Part shown: positions 1-6,271 of the stretch, piece by piece
Position numbering within the stretch: position 1 is the stretch's first letter
How the letters are laid out: each line of letters opens with the position of its first letter
IMG/VR virus record: IMGVR_UViG_3300009873_000011
Location: 6,831-70,830 of that record
Length of the DNA stretch: 64,000 nt
DNA from: a virus
Taxonomy: Duplodnaviria; Caudoviricetes
Reading direction: 5' to 3' (one strand)
Position numbers and translations under genes: made by a program
The notes under the pieces: generated by a model
The model's input: the letters and a program-made list of their open reading frames with translations, nothing else
Told to the model about the DNA's origin: nothing
Databases searched by the model: none

Positions 1-97
1 CTCTTGCGAAAGGTGTTTAAGGGGTAATGGAGCTGACCTTTTACCTCCTGGGTGCCTTCCTGTTCCTCTGGATCGTAGACAAGGTAGTGGAGAAGAA

Positions 98-328
98 GTG
101 GTGAAGTTTCTGGGTTTAGTGTTAGCTGGCTTGCTACTCGTGGGGTGTGATCGTGGGGTGGACTATGCCGCCCCGCCTTCCGAGTCTCTAGGTAATCGCT
201 TCGTGGTAGAGGCCAAGGCGGAACTTGGGGGACGCGCTCTATACGTTGTTAGAGACAAGGAGACAGGGGTTTTGCTCTACCTGGGCGTAGAGATGGGTGT
301 TGCAGTGCACAAGAAGGAGAGCAACTAG
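98..328 (+). CDS. small lipoprotein, DUF6440-like
   Basis: Signal peptide with lipobox LVGC; RF...VVRDKETGVLLY resembles DUF6440. Confidence 0.5.
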   Translation: MVKFLGLVLAGLLLVGCDRGVDYAAPPSESLGNRFVVEAKAELGGRALYVVRDKETGVLLYLGVEMGVAVHKKESN

Positions 329-625
329 ATGGTTAGGGAGCTTAAGGTCGAAGATCCGAATGAAGGGAAGCTGTCCTGGGAGCAGGAAACCGAGCAGCTG
401 CATGACCTGGTATACCTAGGGATCGAGCTAAGCGATGAGTTGACCGAGCAGAGGAGGGAGAAGCTAGGCTGGGTACCCGCAGAGAGGGACCCCGCAGCCC
501 AGAGAGCGGAGAGCCTCTGGAACGCTTACCACGTTTGGCTGGAAGGGAAGGACCTCGGGGAGCTTTCCCCAGGCCAGCGCCTCTCCCTCTATGCTGCTAG
601 CCTTACTCCTAAGCAGGAAGACTAG
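329..625 (+). CDS. hypothetical protein
   Basis: ATG abuts upstream stop; GGAG RBS. Confidence 0.55.
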   Translation: MVRELKVEDPNEGKLSWEQETEQLHDLVYLGIELSDELTEQRREKLGWVPAERDPAAQRAESLWNAYHVWLEGKDLGELSPGQRLSLYAASLTPKQED

Positions 626-652
626 CTACTTCCGGCTCACAACCCTAAACCT

Positions 653-940
653 ATGGTTCGAGATAGCCTTCTGGCCGACCGCTTTGAGCGCCCTTACCGG
701 ATGGCGTCTAACCCTGGAGGGGTTTACATCCTTACGACACACGAACCCGTTGTTTGGGCTAGCCGTAGTTTTGCACCGAGGGAGGAAGGGTTGAAGAAGG
801 AAGAGTTCGAGGAAAAGAGGGAGCTGCTTTCCGATCTCAAGGCAGAGAGAGACAGCATCGAGCAAAGAGTGATATTCTTGACCTCCCAAATCCGAGACCT
901 AGAGGAGGAACTTGCGCTACATCTCAAGGGGAAGCCATGA
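653..940 (+). CDS. hypothetical coiled-coil protein
   Basis: ORF in the operon; heptad-like C-terminus. Confidence 0.5.
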   Translation: MVRDSLLADRFERPYRMASNPGGVYILTTHEPVVWASRSFAPREEGLKKEEFEEKRELLSDLKAERDSIEQRVIFLTSQIRDLEEELALHLKGKP

Positions 941-1976
941 AGCTTTCCGAACATGTCCAAGGGCTGGCTACTGGAGGTACCTCTCAGGACCTTACGGTCC
1001 TGATGGTGTGCTTGGACTCGAACCAACAAGCAACCCAAGTTATCTCGCACTTGGAAGCGCTTGGCATATCGCAGCAGAGGGCCTGCTTCGCGGAGAATCC
1101 GCGATTGAAAGTGTCAGGCCAGCTCTGGACTACGCTAGAGCCGAGAACCTTGGAGATGCTGAACAGAACCTCCTACTGGCTCTATCCCTGGCTTGGGAAC
1201 GTGCTGCTGGCCCAGCTTTTTCCGAACGCTACGAAGTAGTCTCCATTGAAGAGGAACTCGTCACCCCGCTCACCTCAAATGTCCAGTTGTACTCCAGAGC
1301 AGATGCCATTCTTCGAGAGAGGAGCGATGGCACCCTCTGGGTCCTCAACTGGAAGACCGCTGGGGACGTTAAGAACTGGAATAGAAAGTGGTTCTATGAC
1401 ATCCAGAGTTGGACGGAGAGTCTCGCCGCAGAGGCGAAGCTTGGAGAGCCAGTACGGGGATGCATTTACCTGGGAGTGTACAAAGGCCCGATTTATCAGG
1501 GGAATACTACCTCTCGCCTCATCTACGGATACAAGTCTACTTCTCCTACTGGACAGCTTAGCTACGCTACCGAAACATCTGGGAAGGCTACCCGCTTCCC
1601 CGCTTGGCAAGAGCGTTTCCCCTTCGGGGATGGCATAGCAGCTTGGATCAACTGGCTTCCTGAGGAGTACCTAAGGAAGCACTTCGTGGAGTCAGCTCCC
1701 CAGATCAGGCAGGATGAGGTGGTGGAGAGCTGGCTCCGGCAGGTGGTGGGTTACGAGAGTGACGTAGACCATGTGCTGAGCGAAGGCTCCGCACAGGACA
1801 AGCTCGACTTCTTCTGGCAGAACTGGGGGGAAGACACATGCGGACGGTGCCCCTTCTCCCCGCTCTGCACCCTTAAGGCCACACCTGAAAGCTTGCTAGC
1901 CGATGGAATGCTGCGGCCCAGGAAGAAGTCCCCGAGAGATGAGGCGGAGGAGAGAGATGGAACTAGTAGTAAGTAG
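912..1976 (+). CDS. PD-(D/E)XK (RecB/Cas4-like) exonuclease
   Basis: TTG start after GAGGAGG; FRTCP, LGSAWH, SRADAIL...LNWKT, C-terminal CGRCPFSPLC. Confidence 0.8.
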   Translation: MRYISRGSHEAFRTCPRAGYWRYLSGPYGPDGVLGLEPTSNPSYLALGSAWHIAAEGLLRGESAIESVRPALDYARAENLGDAEQNLLLALSLAWERAAGPAFSERYEVVSIEEELVTPLTSNVQLYSRADAILRERSDGTLWVLNWKTAGDVKNWNRKWFYDIQSWTESLAAEAKLGEPVRGCIYLGVYKGPIYQGNTTSRLIYGYKSTSPTGQLSYATETSGKATRFPAWQERFPFGDGIAAWINWLPEEYLRKHFVESAPQIRQDEVVESWLRQVVGYESDVDHVLSEGSAQDKLDFFWQNWGEDTCGRCPFSPLCTLKATPESLLADGMLRPRKKSPRDEAEERDGTSSK

Positions 1977-2181
1977 CGCGCTGATCGCAGTAGTACTACT
2001 GTTTGGGTTCATCCTTTTGGTCTTTACTCTGATGTGGTTGGGGGAAAAACTTTTCGACGATCCGTCAGCCGGCCTTGCCTTAGGGGTAGTCTTCTTGTTC
2101 GGGTGGGCCCTAGTGTATGGAATCAGGGCAGCAAACGCCAAGCCCCAACCCCAGCCAGCACAGGTGGAGGCGGTAAAATAA
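1957..2181 (+). CDS. two-TM membrane protein
   Basis: GGAGG upstream of ATG 1957; two hydrophobic helices. Confidence 0.6.
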   Translation: MELVVSSALIAVVLLFGFILLVFTLMWLGEKLFDDPSAGLALGVVFLFGWALVYGIRAANAKPQPQPAQVEAVK

Positions 2182-2185
2182 CCAC

Positions 2186-2214
2186 TTGACAAAACCCTAA
2201 ACCCATCCTATCTT
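2186..2214 (+). promoter_or_regulatory. sigma70-type promoter of the tRNA array
   Basis: TTGACA-17 nt-TATCTT just upstream of the first tRNA. Confidence 0.75.
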
Positions 2215-2249
2215 AGATGTTATGGATACGGGCACTGCCCGTATCCCCT

Positions 2250-2324
2250 GGGAGAGTAGTTCAACGGCAAGAATACTCGGCTCCAACCCGAGTGATCAGG
2301 GTTCGAATCCTTGCTCTCCCGCCA
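2250..2324 (+). tRNA. trnW: tRNA-Trp(CCA)
   Basis: Cloverleaf; CTCGG-CTCCAAC-CCGAG; encoded CCA. Confidence 0.92.
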
Positions 2325-2510
2325 TTTCAACGGGGCTTTAGCCCTTTGAGACGTTCCACCTGGAGCCTAACGGGCCAGGGACTTTTTGTCCCTCCCAAGT
2401 AAGGGCTGGCAGAAACTGGGGGCAAGGAAAAGGTGCAATGCCTTTCATTCCTCCCCGGTTTTGTAGAGTGTTGGTCCTTTAAACGGGGAACCTTTAGGTC
2501 CCCCGTTTCA
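2325..2510 (+). ncRNA. unassigned structured spacer RNA
   Basis: Several nested hairpins, no ORF, lies between tRNAs. Confidence 0.4.
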
Positions 2511-2511
2511 T

Positions 2512-2601
2512 GGGGAGGTGACGGAATGGTTCAACGTGCCGGTCTGTAAAACCGCAGCCGGGCTTAGTCCCGTGGTGGTTCGAATCCACCCCTCCCCACC
2601 A
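2512..2601 (+). tRNA. trnY: tRNA-Tyr(GTA)
   Basis: Loop CTGTAAA, long variable arm, TTCGAAT, CCA. Confidence 0.92.
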
Positions 2602-2605
2602 TTTC

Positions 2606-2681
2606 GCGGATCTAGTGTTCAACGGCAGCACATCAGTCTTCCAAACTAATAGTACGGGTTCGACTCCCGTGATCCGCTCCA
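2606..2681 (+). tRNA. trnG: tRNA-Gly(TCC)
   Basis: GCGGATC/GATCCGC, U73, loop CTTCCAA. Confidence 0.9.
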
Positions 2682-2683
2682 AC

Positions 2684-2759
2684 CCCTCCATAGTTCAAAT
2701 GGCAAGAATCCTGGCTCTTAACCAGTGAGATCGAGGTTCGACTCCTCGTGGGGGGACCA
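2684..2759 (+). tRNA. trnK: tRNA-Lys(CTT)
   Basis: Loop CTCTTAA; cloverleaf; CCA. Confidence 0.92.
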
Positions 2760-3107
2760 ATGAGCACAAACAGTAGAGCTTATACAAATGCGTATCAGAA
2801 AAGGCATTATGCTGCTAACAAGGCAAAGTATATTGCTAAGGCTGATCGCTGGAAAAAGCGGAAGCGTGGATGGCTAGCTGGTCTAAAAGAGGGAAAACCC
2901 TGTGTGGACTGTGAGATCATATACCCAGCATACGTTTTGGACTGGGACCACGCGCGGGGTGAGAAACGGTTCCTTATAAGTCGCGCTATTGCCGCGGGAA
3001 AATCATACGAAGACATACAAAGCGAGCTGGTCAAGTGTGATTTGGTTTGTGCAAACTGTCATCGTGTACGGACGCATAATCGCCGCACTAGTTTAAAAGT
3101 AGAATAA
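2760..3107 (+). CDS. HNH endonuclease
   Basis: CVDC, LDWDH, CDLVCANCHR; ATG directly after tRNA CCA. Confidence 0.85.
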   Translation: MSTNSRAYTNAYQKRHYAANKAKYIAKADRWKKRKRGWLAGLKEGKPCVDCEIIYPAYVLDWDHARGEKRFLISRAIAAGKSYEDIQSELVKCDLVCANCHRVRTHNRRTSLKVE

Positions 3108-3155
3108 GTCCTTGGTAAGGACTGGGAAACGGAGCGTTACCGTTGTGCGGCTCCA
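3082..3155 (+). tRNA. trnT: atypical tRNA-Thr(GGT)
   Basis: GCCGCAC/GTGCGGC-T-CCA; AGTCC-TTGGTAA-GGACT; AACGG-AGCGTTA-CCGTT. Confidence 0.8.
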
Positions 3156-3210
3156 GAAAGCAGGGTAGGGTTGGATGTCAAAGAACCCGTAAATAGAGCC
3201 CTGCTTCTAC

Positions 3211-3287
3211 ACCCGGGTAGCCCAATTGGCAGAGGCAATAGGTCGAGAGCCTATACAGTGAGGGTTCGAGTCCCTCCCCTGGTACCA
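3211..3287 (+). tRNA. trnL: tRNA-Leu(GAG), short variable arm
   Basis: ATAGG-TCGAGAG-CCTAT; Leu-like D-loop; A73; 5-nt variable region. Confidence 0.75.
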
Positions 3288-3357
3288 CCCAAGCGCGACG
3301 GAGTTGGTGGGTCTAAACCACTCGTGGTAGCGCACCACGTTAAAAAATGCGCTTTAT

Positions 3358-3459
3358 GGGGGTGTGGCGAAACTGGCAAACGCGGAGGGCTTAAACCCCT
3401 CTCAACGCAGCTGGCTCAAAACCAGCCGATTCAGGGTTCGACTCCCTGCACCCCCACCA
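3358..3459 (+). tRNA. trnL: tRNA-Leu(TAA)
   Basis: GAGGG-CTTAAAC-CCCTC; long variable arm; CCA. Confidence 0.9.
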
Positions 3460-3464
3460 TCTAC

Positions 3465-3541
3465 ACCACCCTGACGGAACTGGCATACGTACATGGCTTA
3501 GAACCATGGTTTTGGGGGTTCGACTCCCCCGGGTGGTACCA
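3465..3541 (+). tRNA. trnL: tRNA-Leu(TAG), short variable arm
   Basis: CATGG-CTTAGAA-CCATG; 5-nt variable region; A73. Confidence 0.85.
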
Positions 3542-3543
3542 CT

Positions 3544-3619
3544 GGATCAGGATGCTGTCGGTCATGGCAGGCACGTTGTCAGCGTGTTGAAGAGGGTTCG
3601 ACTCCCTTCTGGTCCGCCA
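3544..3619 (+). tRNA. trnD: tRNA-Asp(GTC)
   Basis: GCACG-TTGTCAG-CGTGT; G73; irregular D-arm. Confidence 0.85.
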
Positions 3620-3632
3620 AGCTGTACAGTTA

Positions 3633-3755
3633 GGCAGAGAGATGCTGGACGAATCCAGCAAAGGAAGAACGGTTTGGGGGTGTAGCCGACGAGCTGCACC
3701 TAGCCCCAGGTGGGAACCCTAGTAATCCTGATGGACTAAAGTAAGTCACTCTGCT
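3633..3755 (+). ncRNA. unassigned multi-helix RNA
   Basis: Closing GCAGAG/CTCTGC helix enclosing 3-4 hairpins. Confidence 0.4.
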
Positions 3756-3762
3756 GGTTTTC

Positions 3763-3838
3763 GGGGGACAAGTGTTACTTGGCCGCACACTAGCTTTGGG
3801 CGCTAGTGGTCAGGGTTCAAATCCCTGGTCCCCCACCA
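3763..3838 (+). tRNA. trnP: tRNA-Pro(TGG)
   Basis: CTAGC-TTTGGGC-GCTAG; CCA. Confidence 0.88.
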
Positions 3839-3844
3839 CCCTTC

Positions 3845-3918
3845 GGGGACATAGGCTAAAGGTAGGCCACTTGGTTCTCAGCCAAACAGTCCGGGTTCGA
3901 GCCCCGGTGTCCCTACCA
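3845..3918 (+). tRNA. trnE: tRNA-Glu(CTC)
   Basis: TTGG-TTCTCAG-CCAA; cloverleaf; CCA. Confidence 0.88.
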
Positions 3919-3923
3919 CTTTC

Positions 3924-3997
3924 GGGTTCCGAGTAGGACGGGAATACGACTGGTTTGCACCCAGTAAGACGGGGTTCGACTCCCCGGGGATCCACCA
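3924..3997 (+). tRNA. trnA: tRNA-Ala(TGC)
   Basis: Loop TTTGCAC; G3.U70 identity pair. Confidence 0.9.
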
Positions 3998-4002
3998 TTT
4001 GA

Positions 4003-4076
4003 TGCGGGGAAACCAGGGGTTACCTTAGGCTCATAACCTACAGGGTGTTGAGGTTCGAATCCTCCCTCCGCTACCA
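4003..4076 (+). tRNA. trnM: tRNA-Met/fMet(CAT)
   Basis: Loop CTCATAA; 1:72 mismatch (initiator-like); degenerate D-arm. Confidence 0.75.
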
Positions 4077-4162
4077 ACTAGGAGAAAGCTCTGTGCATGG
4101 GGCCTCTCCCTCGTACGGGACTCCACGGAGGGTGGGAGCCCTCTGCCCGTCCGGGTTATTTT

Positions 4163-4237
4163 GGACCGCTAGTGAAACGGTTATCACACCTGGTTTACAC
4201 CCAGTTATTCAAGGTTCGAATCCTTGGTGGTCCACCA
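4163..4237 (+). tRNA. trnV: tRNA-Val(TAC)
   Basis: CTGG-TTTACAC-CCAG; CCA. Confidence 0.92.
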
Positions 4238-4242
4238 TCTTT

Positions 4243-4317
4243 GGTGAGCGTGAGGTAATGGAAGCCTAGCAGGTTGTGGCCCTGCCAGAGCGGGTTCGAA
4301 TCCCGTCGCTTACCCCA
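4243..4317 (+). tRNA. trnH: tRNA-His(GTG)
   Basis: Loop TTGTGGC; encoded G-1 opposite C73. Confidence 0.92.
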
Positions 4318-4322
4318 TAACC

Positions 4323-4384
4323 ATGAAGTGCGAGTTAGTCTGTTCTAACTGTCATCGTCTTCGTGGTGAAGTTAGGCGTAAAAT
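4323..4384 (+). pseudogene. HNH endonuclease C-terminal remnant
   Basis: Translates MKCELVCSNCHRLRGEVRRK, matching the KCxLxCxNCH end of the intact HNHs. Confidence 0.7.
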
Positions 4385-4458
4385 TGGGTTGTCGTCCAAC
4401 GGCAAGACATCGCGCTCTGACCGCGAGAATCAAGGTTCAAATCCTTGCAACCCAGCCA
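4385..4458 (+). tRNA. trnQ: tRNA-Gln(CTG)
   Basis: TCGCG-CTCTGAC-CGCGA; U1-A72, G73. Confidence 0.92.
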
Positions 4459-4460
4459 AA

Positions 4461-4536
4461 GCAGAGAGAGCTAGTGTGGTCATAGCACGGGTCTGAAAAG
4501 CCCGCCAACGTGGTTCGATCCCACGTCTCTGCACCA
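4461..4536 (+). tRNA. trnF: tRNA-Phe(GAA)
   Basis: CGGGT-CTGAAAA-GCCCG; CCA. Confidence 0.9.
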
Positions 4537-4539
4537 AAC

Positions 4540-4833
4540 ATGACACGAAATGCTAAGAAGGTTGCGGAGTGGCGGCGCAGAACAAAGGCCAAATTGGTAG
4601 CTTTGGCTGGGGGAAAGTGTCAGCGTTGTGGCTATAGCCGCTGTTTAGCTGCTCTGCAATTTCACCATAGAGACCCCAGCACGAAAGCATTTGCCATAAG
4701 CCGTAAAGGGCATACAAGACGTTTTAGTCTCCTAGTTGAGGAGATACAGAAGTGTGACTTGCTCTGCGCTAATTGTCATGCAGAGGTCGGGTATATTCAG
4801 GAGTCGCCCAATGGTAGGGCAACAAGCTGTTAA
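4540..4833 (+). CDS. HNH endonuclease
   Basis: GGKCQRCG, LQFHHRDP, KCDLLCANCH. Confidence 0.85.
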   Translation: MTRNAKKVAEWRRRTKAKLVALAGGKCQRCGYSRCLAALQFHHRDPSTKAFAISRKGHTRRFSLLVEEIQKCDLLCANCHAEVGYIQESPNGRATSC

Positions 4834-4872
4834 CTTGTCCCGGTGCAGGTTCGAGTCCTGCCTCCTGAGCCA
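4797..4872 (+). tRNA. trnN: tRNA-Asn(GTT)
   Basis: TCAGGAG/CTCCTGA-G-CCA; loop CTGTTAA. Confidence 0.92.
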
Positions 4873-5175
4873 ATGCCCTACAAAGACTACAAGAAACAAA
4901 TGAATCTCTATATGAAGCGGAGATGGAAGCTTCGTCGAGAGATTGCAGTAGCTTTTCTTGGTGGTAAGTGTGTCAACTGTGGGACCGTAGAAGCTCTGGA
5001 ATTTGATCACATTGACCCGACCACTAAAATTAAAACCATTGCTAAGTTTTCTTCTGCTAGCGAACTTAAGTTTTGGGCGGAGGTTAAGAAGTGCCAGTTG
5101 TTGTGTGAAAGTTGCCATAACGAAAAAACTAAGTTAGACTTTTCTCTTGGGACTGTAGCTCAATGGGTAGAGTAG
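4873..5175 (+). CDS. HNH endonuclease
   Basis: GGKCVNCG, LEFDHIDP, KCQLLCESCH. Confidence 0.85.
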   Translation: MPYKDYKKQMNLYMKRRWKLRREIAVAFLGGKCVNCGTVEALEFDHIDPTTKIKTIAKFSSASELKFWAEVKKCQLLCESCHNEKTKLDFSLGTVAQWVE

Positions 5176-5224
5176 CGGCCTTTTAAGCCGAGTGATGAGA
5201 GTTCAAGCCTCTCCGGTCCCACCA
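5149..5224 (+). tRNA. trnK: tRNA-Lys(TTT)
   Basis: CGGC-CTTTTAA-GCCG; CCA. Confidence 0.9.
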
Positions 5225-5226
5225 AT

Positions 5227-5300
5227 GCGAGCGTCGTCTAATGGAAAGACTGGCCCCTGATTAGGGTCAAACGTGGGTTCAACTCCTACCGCTCGTACCA
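5227..5300 (+). tRNA. trnI: tRNA-Ile(GAT)
   Basis: GGCCC-CTGATTA-GGGTC; unusual T at position 37. Confidence 0.8.
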
Positions 5301-5305
5301 CTTCC

Positions 5306-5380
5306 GCTAGCAAGGTCTTGAAGGTAAGACGCTCGCTTCGTAAGCGAGAGGAACGGGTTCGATCCCCGTAGCTAGCTCCA
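5306..5380 (+). tRNA. trnT: tRNA-Thr(CGT)
   Basis: CTCGC-TTCGTAA-GCGAG; canonical T-loop; U73. Confidence 0.88.
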
Positions 5381-5389
5381 GAACACTCC

Positions 5390-5464
5390 GGACCTATGGT
5401 GAAATGGAAATCACTACGCGCTTCGAACGCGTCATTCGGGGTTCGAGTCCTCGTGGGTCCGCCA
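5390..5464 (+). tRNA. trnR: tRNA-Arg(TCG)
   Basis: ACGCG-CTTCGAA-CGCGT; CCA. Confidence 0.9.
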
Positions 5465-5467
5465 AAC

Positions 5468-5537
5468 GCCGGGAGAGCAAGGCTAAGGAGGGTTTTGTAA
5501 ACCTTCCCGCAGGGAGCGTTACCCTGTCCCGGCTCCA
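5468..5537 (+). tRNA. trnT: atypical tRNA-Thr(TGT)
   Basis: GCCGGGA/TCCCGGC-T-CCA; loop TTTGTAA; CAGGG-AGCGTTA-CCCTG; shortened D-arm; 70 nt. Confidence 0.75.
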
Positions 5538-5539
5538 AC

Positions 5540-5616
5540 GGGGGAGTCGTCTAGCGGTCAAGGACACCAGCCTTTCAAGCTGGCTAACGTGGGTTCGAAT
5601 CCCATCTCCCCTACCA
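5540..5616 (+). tRNA. trnE: tRNA-Glu(TTC)
   Basis: CCAGC-CTTTCAA-GCTGG; CCA. Confidence 0.92.
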
Positions 5617-5654
5617 GGTTCGAGTCCTCGACGTCAGATTGTCCTCAGCACAAA

Positions 5655-5744
5655 GGGAGTAGGGAGGAAGGTTTCTCAAGGCGGCTTATACCCGCTTGGC
5701 CAGATTAGCCCTAGAACTTGGTTCGAGTCCAAGTGCTCCCACCA
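5655..5744 (+). tRNA. trnI: tRNA with TAT anticodon (Ile AUA) and long variable arm
   Basis: GGGAGTA/TGCTCCC-A-CCA; GGCGG-CTTATAC-CCGCT; variable hairpin GGC..GCC. Confidence 0.75.
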
Positions 5745-5753
5745 AAACCTTTC

Positions 5754-5829
5754 GGCCCCGTAGTTCAATGGAAAGAACGCCACTCTTCTAAAGTGGATGC
5801 TGGGTGTTCGAGTCGCCCCGGGGTCACCA
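5754..5829 (+). tRNA. trnR: tRNA-Arg(TCT)
   Basis: CCACT-CTTCTAA-AGTGG; CCA. Confidence 0.92.
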
Positions 5830-5834
5830 CTTTT

Positions 5835-5919
5835 GGAGAGCATCCGAACGGTCAGGAAGCAGTTTGCTAAACTGCCACAGGCATAGCCTCAGTGGGTTCG
5901 ACTCCCGCGCTCTCCGCCA
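5835..5919 (+). tRNA. trnS: tRNA-Ser(GCT)
   Basis: GCAGT-TTGCTAA-ACTGC; long variable arm; G73. Confidence 0.92.
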
Positions 5920-6204
5920 ATGCCCACCAAAAACAAACAATTGCTTAGGGAACTTCAACGACGACACCGCCAACAGAAAAAAGCCAAGCTACGCGCGTAT
6001 TTTCAAGAACACCCGTGTATTGACTGCGGGGAAGCCGATTTTAGGTGTCTTGGCTTCGATCACGTCCGCGGCACTAAGTTCAAGAATGTCTCTGTGATGA
6101 TGCGCTCCGGCTATTCTTGGAAAGCGGTTCAAGCTGAGATGGCTAAGTGCGAAGTCCGTTGCGCGAATTGTCACCGTAAGAAAACATACGGCCCTATCGT
6201 CTAA
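5920..6204 (+). CDS. HNH endonuclease
   Basis: HPCIDCG, LGFDHVRG, KCEVRCANCHR. Confidence 0.85.
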   Translation: MPTKNKQLLRELQRRHRQQKKAKLRAYFQEHPCIDCGEADFRCLGFDHVRGTKFKNVSVMMRSGYSWKAVQAEMAKCEVRCANCHRKKTYGPIV

Positions 6205-6264
6205 TGGAAAAGGCGAGGCCCTCCTAAGGCCTAGATCGGGGTTCGACTCCCTGTAGGGCTACCA
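6190..6264 (+). tRNA. trnR: tRNA-Arg(CCT)
   Basis: AGGCC-CTCCTAA-GGCCT; CCA. Confidence 0.9.
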
Positions 6265-6271
6265 CATTTCT

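Noticed and set aside
1012-1025. GGACTCGAACC looks like a minus-strand tRNA T-arm
   Set aside because: Lies inside the nuclease CDS (GLEPT) with no cloverleaf around it
2325-4160. HDV-like/theta or hammerhead ribozyme assignment for the spacers
   Set aside because: I could not place a 7-bp P1, P1.1 and catalytic C, or an intact CTGATGA/GAAA core, by eye; left unassigned
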